Source: an uncultured Planctomycetales bacterium (lineage in GTDB: Bacteria; Omnitrophota; Gorgyraeia; Zapsychrales; Fredricksoniimonadaceae). From it: a stretch of DNA of 64,000 nt. Position 1 is the first letter of the stretch; every line of letters begins with the position of its first letter. This document shows positions 12,001 through 17,815 of this stretch, one piece after another. The notes below the pieces were generated by a model. It ran no database searches. It was given only the letters and a program-made list of their open reading frames with translations, and was not told where the DNA came from. The stretch is taken from NCBI GenBank assembly GCA_964520655.1, contig CAZFNI010000012.1, positions 1,917 through 65,916 on the forward strand, given 5' to 3'. A program made the position numbers and the translations under genes.

Positions 12001-12659
12001 GAAGACGAAACAAGCACGTTCCCCGCCGCCGCACCATTGCCGATCAAACGCAGGCCCGTTGTTTCCAATGATGCCGTAGCTGCCGTCAACGTCCCTATCC
12101 CAACATTGCCTCCCATAACTGCTAAACGCGCTTGGGGTGTTTTTGTACCGATACCAACATTCCCGTCCCCTAAAATACGCATTTTAGAAAGCCAATTGTT
12201 CGTCGTAAAATCTATGTAGGCACTTGAGCTGGCCAAAGTAAATGCCAGATTATTAGTCGATAATGCCGCAGCAAAAGAAGTGTTATTTGTAAGATCATTA
12301 AAAGCCCCTCCAACAAAAGAACCGAATTCAAAAGCTCCTGAACCCGTAGCGTTGATCTGCATCTTTGACCCAGCACCGATCGTATCTGGTATAAACTGAA
12401 TATTCCCCGCAGAACTCACAATTGATAATGGATTTGTTGGTGCCCAGGTACCGATCCCCACATTCCCATTAGTCACCACCAACCTGCCCTGAGGCGTCGT
12501 TGTCCCGATCCCGATATTACCGGTCGCCCCGTCGACATGAAAATAGTTCTGGGTATTGTTTTTAATATTAAAATCTTTGGCAGCAAATGCAAAAGAAGGG
12601 AAAAGCGCGGCTAATAGAATTATTGTAAGAGACTTTAAATAATCTTTTATATATCTCAT
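3066..12659 (-). CDS. Giant secreted glycine-rich beta-helix/tail-fiber-like repeat protein (3197 aa)
   Basis: A 9.6-kb uninterrupted ORF. The N-terminal signal peptide is MRYIKDYLKSLTIILLAALFPSFAFA|AK. There are about 60 'GNVGIGT(W/T)xP' heptads and about 9 near-identical ~95-aa modules of the form GNVGIGTWTADNASLETTGLRLIGNGAAAGSVLVSSSTGIGTWMAASTLATSGAASGWSTGTGTVYNTTGSDNIGIGTTTPQGGLVVTNGNVGIGTWAP. The centre is G/S/T/N-rich low-complexity sequence. A distinct C-terminal ~90-aa domain ends ...YTATVNDYVILVDASGGAVTITLPAASTVSGRLYNIKKTDSSANAVILDGNAAETVDGSATISTTTQYQSFTVVCDGTQWWVI. Confidence 0.85.
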   Translation of the reverse strand: MRYIKDYLKSLTIILLAALFPSFAFAAKDFNIKNNTQNYFHVDGATGNIGIGTTTPQGRLVVTNGNVGIGTWAPTNPLSIVSSAGNIQFIPDTIGAGSKMQINATGSGAFEFGSFVGGAFNDLTNNTSFAAALSTNNLAFTLASSSAYIDFTTNNWLSKMRILGDGNVGIGTKTPQARLAVMGGNVGIGTLTAATASLETTGLRLIGNGAAAGNVLVSSSTGIGTWMAAGTLPAAAGPWSSGTGTVYTATGSDNIGIGTTTPQGGLVVTNGNVGIGTWAPVSLFDVNRKFNVLTSGLIGIGTTVPAYTLDLGVASYAVGVNIGNGGQVSPLKFYSSSGPSSRFITSAGAGARYLDIRVNGNESGWVDEAGYPEWASRIDVQNDAYSLIRGPTTAGNPSSYKTLFMINGNGNVGVGTTTPVGGLVVMNGNVGIGTWKPVAKVDIAEGNLSITNTAGSWDGRLTLGANASRGFIWSTNGAQSSNNGLDILAASTYFQNMWSGQYDVAIVGIPASRGSNVGIGTTTPQGAFMVTSGNVGIGTWTADNASLETTGLRLIGNGAAAGSVLVSSSTGIGTWMAAGTLPAASGPWTSGTGTVYTTTGTDNVGIGTSTSQGGLVVTNGNVGIGTWAPNKTLQVGINSLVVDTTTGYVGIGNASPTAPLTFAQIGGLDKIYLYDGGVGGDRYGFGIDSGEMIIFSGNNTTFSKKSGGVTTQLMRIDGMGNLGIGTMTPQSKLSVIGGNVGIGTWTADNASLETTGLRLIGNGAAAGSVLVSGSTGIGTWMAASTLATSGAASGWSTGTGTVYNTTGSDNIGIGTTTPQGGLVVTNGNVGIGTWAPNGAFVVAPIGNVGIGSIFPAAYFAVNAPPSSNSTSIQMKGGTPTANNTNGGSLSFTGGTSTGTGVGGSVTLTAGGSVANSQASGGSITLNGQNGTTGFGGGVAITTGNSGSGSNNGATIDMTTGGSSGGSINLKGGTTGGAEPRPTITIAGEYSGGNFINIVPGSVYGASGLPGGYLNLSGGPGDNANYSGGNVYITGGAKNGSGQDGDVILGVNSSGSYRSNIGIGTVTPQAKFSVIGGNVGIGTWTADNASLETTGLRLIGNGAAAGSVLVSSSTGIGTWMAASTLATSGAASGWSTGTGTVYNTTGSDNVGIGTTTPQGGLVVTNGNVGIGTWAPQAAFQVNSVGNGLGFVVDNQGNIGIGTVNTQSAAITILNGRVGIGTWKPDVAMQFGKYNQIVSGSPDQLWFASYSNTAGYPQMVGNWMSSGAWGIGPASAINTDFTLRIGGTSTPVSAPFTWSNTYPTNLMLTGNIGINTFAMSKESALYIASGNLAIGTTSPQAVLSIVGNVGVGTVKNGDRFLTTSPPAGGMIIEGNVGIGTHTPQDKLIVVGGNVGIGTWTAANTSLETTGLRLIGNGAAAGSVLVSSSTGIGTWMAASTLATSGAASGWSTGTGIVYNTTGSDKVGVGTTTPEGGLVVMNGNVGIGTWAPIATLEVKSSTIAITGEQSTGGVNIGSGSNGISLGYSNTNGWQSMVFGYSNNTNASSGAIAIGSSNTINNDNGVAIGIGNSVPAASNGHYGFVFGRGIVNRVFGVMIGVSDAAKITIDESGNLGVGTFTPFNKLSTVGGVGIGTGINSSFVTSAAPSGGMIVQGNVGLGTTTPQAQLAVLGGNVGIGTWTAANASLETTGLRLIGNGAAAGSVLVSSSTGIGTWMAASTLATSGAASGWSTGTGTVYNTTGSDNIGIGTITPQGGLVVTNGNVGIGTWAPDNALSVRLGNVGIGTGTTHSKLEVVGDGAQELLRINDSGPNDSSPLLITSGGNVGVGTSAVPYTMALFKNTTTANAVGGEPVAAAFWTTSTGTSPSARTVEIQNDAANGTAISMITSRSTVGDSQGISFVFAGALGQNYSPLTTLRTTYTAANSTNLVFSTASSGSLTDKVVFDANGNVGVGTVVPKNKMAIVGNVGVGTGINSPYLTTAAPSGGMIVQGNVGIGSYAPGTTLDVNGTQRIIASGGDGTGLNILNPSSMISIQLGATGSNTWYMGASTASNSVGAGKLYFSRSNSTSNSDVVIDGSGNLGVGTITPQARLSVTGGNVGIGTWTADSASLETTGLRLIGNNASAGSVLVSSSTGIGTWMAASTLATGAAASGWSTGTGTVYNTTGSDNVGIGTITPQGGLVVTNGNVGIGTWAPAGVFQVGSPTSAPFIVDANGGVGIGTVLTSNAGLTVMNGFVGIGTWKPGVALQVGRANRSVSGAPDQLYFGTYGGPGSGGFPQMIGNWVSTAAWGIGPATSNSDSTLQIGATTGSVPPTFAWSTANKTNFLLTGNIGINTFTMSSESALYVGGGNVALGTSSPQAVLSIVGNVGVGTVKNGDRFLTTSPPAGGMIIEGNVGIGTHTPQDKFIVVGGNVGIGTWTAANASLETTGLRLIGNNAAAGSVLVSSSTGIGTWMAASTLATGGAASGWSTGTGTVYNTTGSDKVGIGTTTPQGGFVVTNGNVGIGTWAPQALLDVYGTSDTYFTTNVGIGSVNPAQSLDVVGTGKFTTGINAPKITNLTSNGFVKTGSGDGTLSVDTSTYPSYTSMTTNYLQKAASSTTVGNSSIFDNGNVGIGTTTPQDALVVSKGNLGVGTWTAAAGVDTNTLRVRSNPGSGYVLVSGSTGIGTWMAASTLSTSGGGTPGGSSSQLQYNNGGSFDGIVNSNVTASGNVGLGTTLSKNKLDVQGGVGVGTLYAGYYTTPGNGMIIQGNVGVGSYAPEFPMVVVGDTTNAALGPLYVKANGLSTTVGAGVSLNAAASSGKTYSFISTGSSAAPGAGAFAVFNSTDSRYDWVQLSTGHLNFARNFYTDIAQVALIPTASNVVGLISRGAAAQTADLIQAQDSSGNVLVNVTAAGNVGIGTTIPQGRLVVMGENVGIGTWLTNEVPFSVVGETVFGSSPSILSAFGSMPSYFTIKPTTTAKSAVSIVAASGSTQNVLSIWTASGSFLGSVDYLGRAMFNTLYGTYNAAGNLTLDSTSDASKGNILINPIGGNVGIGTVTASSRLSVSGGVGIGTGKNSAYVISAAPTGGMMVEGNVGIGTTTPQDKFILYGGNVGIGTWTAQSSLQLKGSMGVAVVSKTANYTATVNDYVILVDASGGAVTITLPAASTVSGRLYNIKKTDSSANAVILDGNAAETVDGSATISTTTQYQSFTVVCDGTQWWVI

Positions 12660-12757
12660 TAGATTATATAGAGATGCGCGTAGTTATAGCTTCTAAATAC
12701 AAAATTATTTTATATTATTAAGATATAGCAACAAGAAAAGAATGGAATATTTTTCGG
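12660..12757 (-). promoter_or_regulatory. AT-rich spacer, probable promoter/5' UTR of the giant repeat-protein gene
   Basis: This is the only intergenic gap (98 nt, strongly AT-rich) between yraN and the giant ORF. No specific -10/-35 elements could be assigned with confidence. Confidence 0.3.
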
Positions 12758-13144
12758 TTATATCCAATTGCAGATAAAAGCGTTCTTCAAATGTCTAATG
12801 TCAGGTCCGGAGCCTGAATGAAGAATAGAAACCACATCAAAAAGGCAAGCAATGCAGGTTGTTTGAAAACATCGTTTAAGGTAAAATTCAGCTAATTTGA
12901 TCAATTTCCGTTGTTTAAAATAATGCACGGCTTCAAACGGCTGGCCACAGGCAATTGAGGCGCGGGTTTTAACTTCGACAAACACAAGCGTCTGATCATC
13001 ACGAGCAATAATGTCGATCTCCCCCATACGGCAGCGGAAATTCCGCTCAACGATCTGGTAACCCAGCTTCGTCAAATATTGACAGGCCGCATCTTCACCG
13101 GATCTTCCAAGATTTTTTCGCGTCATAAGCCCAAAGTTGACCAA
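12758..13144 (-). CDS. yraN: YraN-family (UPF0102) predicted endonuclease
   Basis: 128 aa. GEDAACQYLTKLGYQIVERNFRCRMGEIDIIARDDQTLVFVEVKTR is the characteristic YraN/UPF0102 core. Confidence 0.75.
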   Translation of the reverse strand: MVNFGLMTRKNLGRSGEDAACQYLTKLGYQIVERNFRCRMGEIDIIARDDQTLVFVEVKTRASIACGQPFEAVHYFKQRKLIKLAEFYLKRCFQTTCIACLFDVVSILHSGSGPDIRHLKNAFICNWI

Positions 13145-14253
13145 AGCCCCGCTTGCTCACGGTTTTGCTCAACCATTTTCCTTTGTTCAGCATGCGCGCT
13201 ATCAGTAATATCACCCAACGTTTTCCCATATTCAGCTGTTGCACCAGCCTTTTCAAAGAAAGATTTCCTCTCACCTTCCAAAAAATTAATCCCTTTTGTA
13301 ATGATATTTTTGTAGCTGTTAGCAATATTCGGATGATCACGGTAGCGACCAAGCCAATCGATCGCCTCATTATACTGATCCATCGTCCAATACACTGAAA
13401 GACCCGACACAATATCTTCAATATGGTTCCTTAATTTTTTCTCATCAAAAGACAACAACAACAAAACTTCCGCCTCAGTAAATGGCTTTGCGGGTAACGA
13501 CAATGCATTAAGCAACTCACCATCTACCATATGCTTGGTCTTAAGCTCATCAATGGCTTGTTCAAGCATCGTCCTAGCCTCCTGCCGATGATCTTTCAAC
13601 ACTCGCCCGATCCTTTTAGCTGGGCCGCTCATCATCAATCCCGTTTTGGTGATCTTCCAGACCGGCAGGATCGCCAAGATCCTCTCTTTACGTTCCCCCC
13701 TGAGATTAAACGCGTCAAATAAATTCCCGAACAGATTATCCCCGTCGGAATATTGAAGATACTGGAACGCGCTGCCGCCCTGGCAGCTATCAAGAAGACC
13801 CGCCAGATCATTGCGGAATTCATGCCGGACAAAATATTTATCTCGCAAACAATCGAAAACTGACTGTTTACGCAATGCATTCAGATCCTGACGGTCATTT
13901 GATTCCAGATCCCCTAACCGCTTTTGGTCCATTGCGTACCTTAAATAGGCGATCGTCTGAAAATACTTATACACATCTGCCTCTGCCGGCGCAGCATACG
14001 ACCACAATAGTAACGGTGCATCGCCAATGCGCCTGCGTACGCTCCTGCGGCTTAATTGTTCGATCGACATCTCTATCTGCGCATCTCTATTCAACGTTGC
14101 TGAAAGCATCGGATGGATACCTTTTTCAGAATAGCGGTAAGGAGTTTTATAGGCTGTCATGAAACCCCCGTCGTCCTTATCCACTGCAAAAATATCCGTC
14201 CAGCCATTGATCGGCGCGATCAACATCAATATCCAGACTAAAATCCTCATCAA
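13123..14253 (-). CDS. Secreted hypothetical protein, last gene of the T4SS/T4P operon (possible Tra accessory protein)
   Basis: 376 aa. The N-terminal signal peptide is MMRILVWILMLIAPINGWT. No motif was recognised. It overlaps the upstream gene by 4 nt (ATGA). Confidence 0.5.
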   Translation of the reverse strand: MMRILVWILMLIAPINGWTDIFAVDKDDGGFMTAYKTPYRYSEKGIHPMLSATLNRDAQIEMSIEQLSRRSVRRRIGDAPLLLWSYAAPAEADVYKYFQTIAYLRYAMDQKRLGDLESNDRQDLNALRKQSVFDCLRDKYFVRHEFRNDLAGLLDSCQGGSAFQYLQYSDGDNLFGNLFDAFNLRGERKERILAILPVWKITKTGLMMSGPAKRIGRVLKDHRQEARTMLEQAIDELKTKHMVDGELLNALSLPAKPFTEAEVLLLLSFDEKKLRNHIEDIVSGLSVYWTMDQYNEAIDWLGRYRDHPNIANSYKNIITKGINFLEGERKSFFEKAGATAEYGKTLGDITDSAHAEQRKMVEQNREQAGLWSTLGL

Positions 14254-14696
14254 TTCCTCATTAATTGTCCCATGAGCACTTCCTGGGCCTTGATGATCTG
14301 CTCAGTTTTTTTCTCTTGCCATCTTAAATATTCCCTGGCGTTTTCCTGATTTGGCACATTCAAAAGATTCAGCACAGGCTGCGGCGGCTGATAATAAGTT
14401 ATCTTCCCGTTAGCATCAACCATCGGCTCCCGCCAATCGATCAAAGCTTTATCAGCCAAAAGATCAGACTTTTCTTTTTTCTCAAAATACTCCAAATGTT
14501 GTAAATGATAATAATCATTAGCGGAGGCTTTGTAAGGATGAACGATCAATATTACTATAAAGATGAGGGAACAGCAGTTTTGCAACATTGTATGAACCTC
14601 CAGAAGATCCAGGAGAATTCTTCCTCCTTGTTGCTCCGCTCGCCAACGGCATTCTTTGCCACCCAAAACCGGGGATCCTGACCCAACGGCATGCAT
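14250..14696 (-). CDS. Small secreted hypothetical protein (likely true start near 14588)
   Basis: An internal Met begins a signal-peptide-like segment, MLQNCCSLIFIVILIVHPYKASA. The upstream 5' extension overlaps the TraU-like gene out of frame. The mature part is about 90 aa with no recognised motif. Confidence 0.35.
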   Translation of the reverse strand: MHAVGSGSPVLGGKECRWRAEQQGGRILLDLLEVHTMLQNCCSLIFIVILIVHPYKASANDYYHLQHLEYFEKKEKSDLLADKALIDWREPMVDANGKITYYQPPQPVLNLLNVPNQENAREYLRWQEKKTEQIIKAQEVLMGQLMRN

Positions 14697-15310
14697 TTCT
14701 GTTGATCAGGCTCAACCATCTGGATCTTATCCTGCCAGCGGTTAATGGAAAAAAGGATCGGAGCTTGTGAAATATGCCCGCTCATAAGACCTCCGGCGCT
14801 GATACCTCTTAACGCGATCAATGCTGACGATGCCGCAGGACTGTAATGGCTGACAAATCCTGTTCGAGGATACACAGGCCCCCAATTGCCCACAAATTCA
14901 CGAGCAGTTGTCGTCTCTTGACGCCATTGACGGCTGTCCATCTCAGACCTATATCTCAGCCCCACAGCTGTATTCGTCAATGAGCCACATAAGACCATTT
15001 GTTCAATTTGTTTTAATGGAAAATCATACACATGTGCATCATGAAACCGCAGATTACTGCCGCTTAAAGCATTCAAGCTTGCCTTACGAGCGATCGTATG
15101 GATCACCAATGATGGTTCATAATACGAGATCCAAACTCCCGGAATATCCCCCACCATACAGGCCCCATGACTTTTAAGCTGCCAGCAACTTTGGTCAACA
15201 CGCTCAACCGCGTGCACCAGATTGATCCCGTCCCCCTTTATCTCATCCGCAGAATATGCAAGCACATGTGCGGCTAATATAAACCCTATCAGGATAATTA
15301 TCTTTTTCAT
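14555..15310 (-). CDS. traU: TraU-like F-type T4SS periplasmic protein (shortened relative to F-plasmid TraU)
   Basis: 251 aa with a signal peptide. Remembered F-plasmid TraU motifs are present in order: SCWQL (F: ICWSC), GVWISYYEPSLV (F: GLAIGYWEPMAL), HDAHVYDFPL (F: HVHWYKYPL), MVLCGSL (F: TSLGCLEGG) and YRSEMDSRQW (F: YLSEIDPTW). About 70 aa of the F protein are missing. Confidence 0.5.
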   Translation of the reverse strand: MKKIIILIGFILAAHVLAYSADEIKGDGINLVHAVERVDQSCWQLKSHGACMVGDIPGVWISYYEPSLVIHTIARKASLNALSGSNLRFHDAHVYDFPLKQIEQMVLCGSLTNTAVGLRYRSEMDSRQWRQETTTAREFVGNWGPVYPRTGFVSHYSPAASSALIALRGISAGGLMSGHISQAPILFSINRWQDKIQMVEPDQQKCMPLGQDPRFWVAKNAVGERSNKEEEFSWIFWRFIQCCKTAVPSSL

Positions 15311-16170
15311 AACTTCATAATGAAAGCTAATGCGTAAAACGGAGGCACATGACTATCAGGAATGATCGGATGCGTATGCGACTGATTGCCCCCCGTATCT
15401 GAAGTCAATGAACTGATCTGACCTGTCATGACTGGAGAACTGTGACCATCATATCGGCTCCCCAGCCAGGGCGTTTCATTATACGCATGATGGTGGGCTG
15501 GCATCTCCGCGATAGTCAACGCATGTGGCCCTGTTTCACTGCCATGATCGTGAGAAATACTACCGCCGCTTTTTTCTAATTTCCCCTGAAGATTGGTTTT
15601 ACTGACCCCACCCTCATCTTGCCGCGAGCCAACGATAAATTTATCGCGAAGATCCGGTGTACCATTCTGCCCATCACACAAAACCCAACCTAAAGGAATG
15701 CTGGCGATCGACCCAGACCACGCCACGATCACACCGGAAGCAATTTCATCTTGATCATTAGCCCCGGTAACACTACTCACAACATCTCCCGCGAATGACG
15801 CTTGCAGCAAACGCGAATTAATCATTGGCACTAAATTTAACGGCACTTGAACACTGACACTCATTTTTTTCTCATCAAACATCACTTGGTAGGGATGCCC
15901 CCAGGGGTTAAGTAAAGACCACAGCGGACTTAAGTAACCATCTATTTGCATCTGTTTTAAATCCGTTGGCCATTCATGATGATCCCTGTGATACTTTCTG
16001 CCAGCTGCCTGGATAACCCCCACCTCGGCAATTGTTTTCTCACCGGCACGGATCTCGACAGCGCGGACCATCACCGGCAATACCGCCGTTGTCAACAAAG
16101 CAACAATGCCCATGACGATCGCCAACTCAACTAACGAAAAACCATTTTTTCCTAGAATGTCGCGGTCCAT
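15307..16170 (-). CDS. Type IV prepilin-like protein, large (minor pilin or PilV-like tip-adhesin candidate)
   Basis: 287 aa. The N-terminus MDRDILGKNG|FSLVELAIVMGIVALLTTAVLPV is a class III signal peptide with Gly-1, Phe+1 and Glu+5. A large C-terminal globular region follows. Confidence 0.6.
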   Translation of the reverse strand: MDRDILGKNGFSLVELAIVMGIVALLTTAVLPVMVRAVEIRAGEKTIAEVGVIQAAGRKYHRDHHEWPTDLKQMQIDGYLSPLWSLLNPWGHPYQVMFDEKKMSVSVQVPLNLVPMINSRLLQASFAGDVVSSVTGANDQDEIASGVIVAWSGSIASIPLGWVLCDGQNGTPDLRDKFIVGSRQDEGGVSKTNLQGKLEKSGGSISHDHGSETGPHALTIAEMPAHHHAYNETPWLGSRYDGHSSPVMTGQISSLTSDTGGNQSHTHPIIPDSHVPPFYALAFIMKL

Positions 16171-16601
16171 GTCGTGCTCGCTTCATCATAGTTAACTTTT
16201 GACGCGCTATTATTGAAATAGTTACTTAGCTTATCCGCTTCCGTTTTGACCAAACTATTCAAACTAATGTCAAAACGTGTATTATCCACCGGATTGCTGG
16301 AAACATCAAATTTCCCGCCCCAAGGGTTTGATGCGGCTGCATCAAAAGTATCCGGTAATAATTTAGCTGTTTTTAAAGCCTCAACACTGACGCCCGAGAA
16401 ACTTACTTTACCCAATGCCAGGTAACTTTCTGCAGCGCTACGCAATGTCTGCACACTATTTGCCGCGGATTGAACCCTGGCATTATCCCTCAACCCCGCA
16501 GACATAGAGACCGCCAGGATCAATACAGTTAATACCGCAAGACCTATTGCGAGCTCCACCAAAGAAAACGCCCCTGTTGAATTAATATTGATCCGTTTCA
16601 T
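16152..16601 (-). CDS. Type IV prepilin-like protein (probable major pilin)
   Basis: 149 aa. The N-terminus is MKRININSTG(A)FSLVELAIGLAVLTVLILAV, a prepilin-type hydrophobic N-terminal helix. The cleavage site is either G|A (Glu at +6) or A|F (Glu at +5). Confidence 0.6.
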   Translation of the reverse strand: MKRININSTGAFSLVELAIGLAVLTVLILAVSMSAGLRDNARVQSAANSVQTLRSAAESYLALGKVSFSGVSVEALKTAKLLPDTFDAAASNPWGGKFDVSSNPVDNTRFDISLNSLVKTEADKLSNYFNNSASKVNYDEASTTWTATF

Positions 16602-16618
16602 ACTATCCTCCTTGTGTT

Positions 16619-17815
16619 TTAACCTCCAGCGATCTGATTCAAACTGCCGTAAACAGGGATCAGAAACGCAAAGGCAATGGTAACTAAAAATACGGCACCA
16701 ATGATCAATAGTGCCGGTTGAAGCAAAATCACCGCACGGTCTATCTGTTCGTTCACTCGCTTATTTAGATATTCTGACAAATTCAGGCAATACTGAGGAA
16801 GTCTCGCCATTTCCTCTCCGCGACGTATCGTCATCACGATCAGCGGAGAGAAAAATCGATCAGCTCCCAACGACTCCCACAATGTCCCGCCTCCAAAGAT
16901 ATAGTCCCTGCAACCATAAAAATGTCCGCTGACCGCATTGTTGTTATTAGCATGCAGATCGTCGATACCCTTAATGATCGATGTCCCATTACGCATCAGG
17001 ATCGACAGGTTCAAAAAATAGTACGCCAGATCCGCTTCTTTATTTATGCGCCCCCATATGGGTAAACGATAAACAACAAATTCTCGAATTCGTTTATTAT
17101 TGAATATGAACCCAGCAACCGAGACCAACACTGCTCCTATGATCAAAACTAATAATGCACCATATTGCCTCAGCCACAAGGTCGCAGCAATGATCACACC
17201 CGTTGTTCCATGAACGCGCGTTGATTCAGGCAATAACTGAGCTAATCGCGGTACCACATAAACCCCCACAAACAACATGACGGCACATAATAAGCAAAAT
17301 ACGATCGATGGATATACCAACGCCTCTCTTAATCGTCCCGACACTTCCTCCTGACGTTTAAAGTAATGTGCCAGCATCCTCAACGATCCCTTAAGTTCCC
17401 CACTTTGTTCTCCGCTTTTAATAGTCACCGTCACGATCCAGGGAAATGATTTTGTCGATGCAAAAGCGTCTGCCAAACCTTTCCCTTTGCTGACCTCACT
17501 TTTTATCCCTTCTATTGCGCCCATCAAAACTGCTGATAATTGCACGCTGGATACGGATGCCAGTATCTGGTTGATACTCATCCCTGTCTCATGCATATTC
17601 GCCATATCTTCAAAGAATCCCGACATGATCTTGATAGAGATCCGCTTCGCCCTCTTCAACTGAAGAAATGATCGTACCCAATCCATATAAACAATGATCA
17701 CGTCGATCTTATTGTTTTTTAAATAGCCCAAAACGCTTTCCTTATTCCCCTTAATCACTCCAGAGATTTCTTGACCTTGAGGGGTTATGCCTGAATATTT
17801 CCAATATCCCATCAT
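16619..17815 (-). CDS. GspF/PilC-family inner-membrane platform protein
   Basis: 398 aa. It has two repeated cytoplasmic domains and three TM segments, which is the T2SSF architecture. It immediately follows the GspE-like ATPase, with a 4-nt overlap. Confidence 0.8.
   Translation of the reverse strand: MMGYWKYSGITPQGQEISGVIKGNKESVLGYLKNNKIDVIIVYMDWVRSFLQLKRAKRISIKIMSGFFEDMANMHETGMSINQILASVSSVQLSAVLMGAIEGIKSEVSKGKGLADAFASTKSFPWIVTVTIKSGEQSGELKGSLRMLAHYFKRQEEVSGRLREALVYPSIVFCLLCAVMLFVGVYVVPRLAQLLPESTRVHGTTGVIIAATLWLRQYGALLVLIIGAVLVSVAGFIFNNKRIREFVVYRLPIWGRINKEADLAYYFLNLSILMRNGTSIIKGIDDLHANNNNAVSGHFYGCRDYIFGGGTLWESLGADRFFSPLIVMTIRRGEEMARLPQYCLNLSEYLNKRVNEQIDRAVILLQPALLIIGAVFLVTIAFAFLIPVYGSLNQIAGG

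Noticed and set aside
3520-12219. About 25 plus-strand ORFs (60-176 aa) inside the giant gene. Many contain 'VPIPTFP/PIPTLPP' repeats.
   Set aside because: They are shadow-frame translations of the minus-strand GNVGIGT repeats (the reverse complement of GGnAAnGTnGGnATnGGnAC). They lie entirely within a 9.6-kb uninterrupted ORF on the opposite strand. They are not independent genes.
3066-12659. Possible CRISPR array or non-coding tandem repeat, suggested by the many near-identical ~100-300-nt units.
   Set aside because: The repeats are in-frame coding modules with no unique spacers between short direct repeats. There are no cas genes in the window.
14518-14715. ORF 14518..14715(-) and the 5' extension of ORF 14250..14696 into the TraU-like gene.
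   Set aside because: They are out of frame with, and fully overlapped by, the better-supported TraU-like CDS. The likelier start of the small secreted protein is the internal Met at about 14588.
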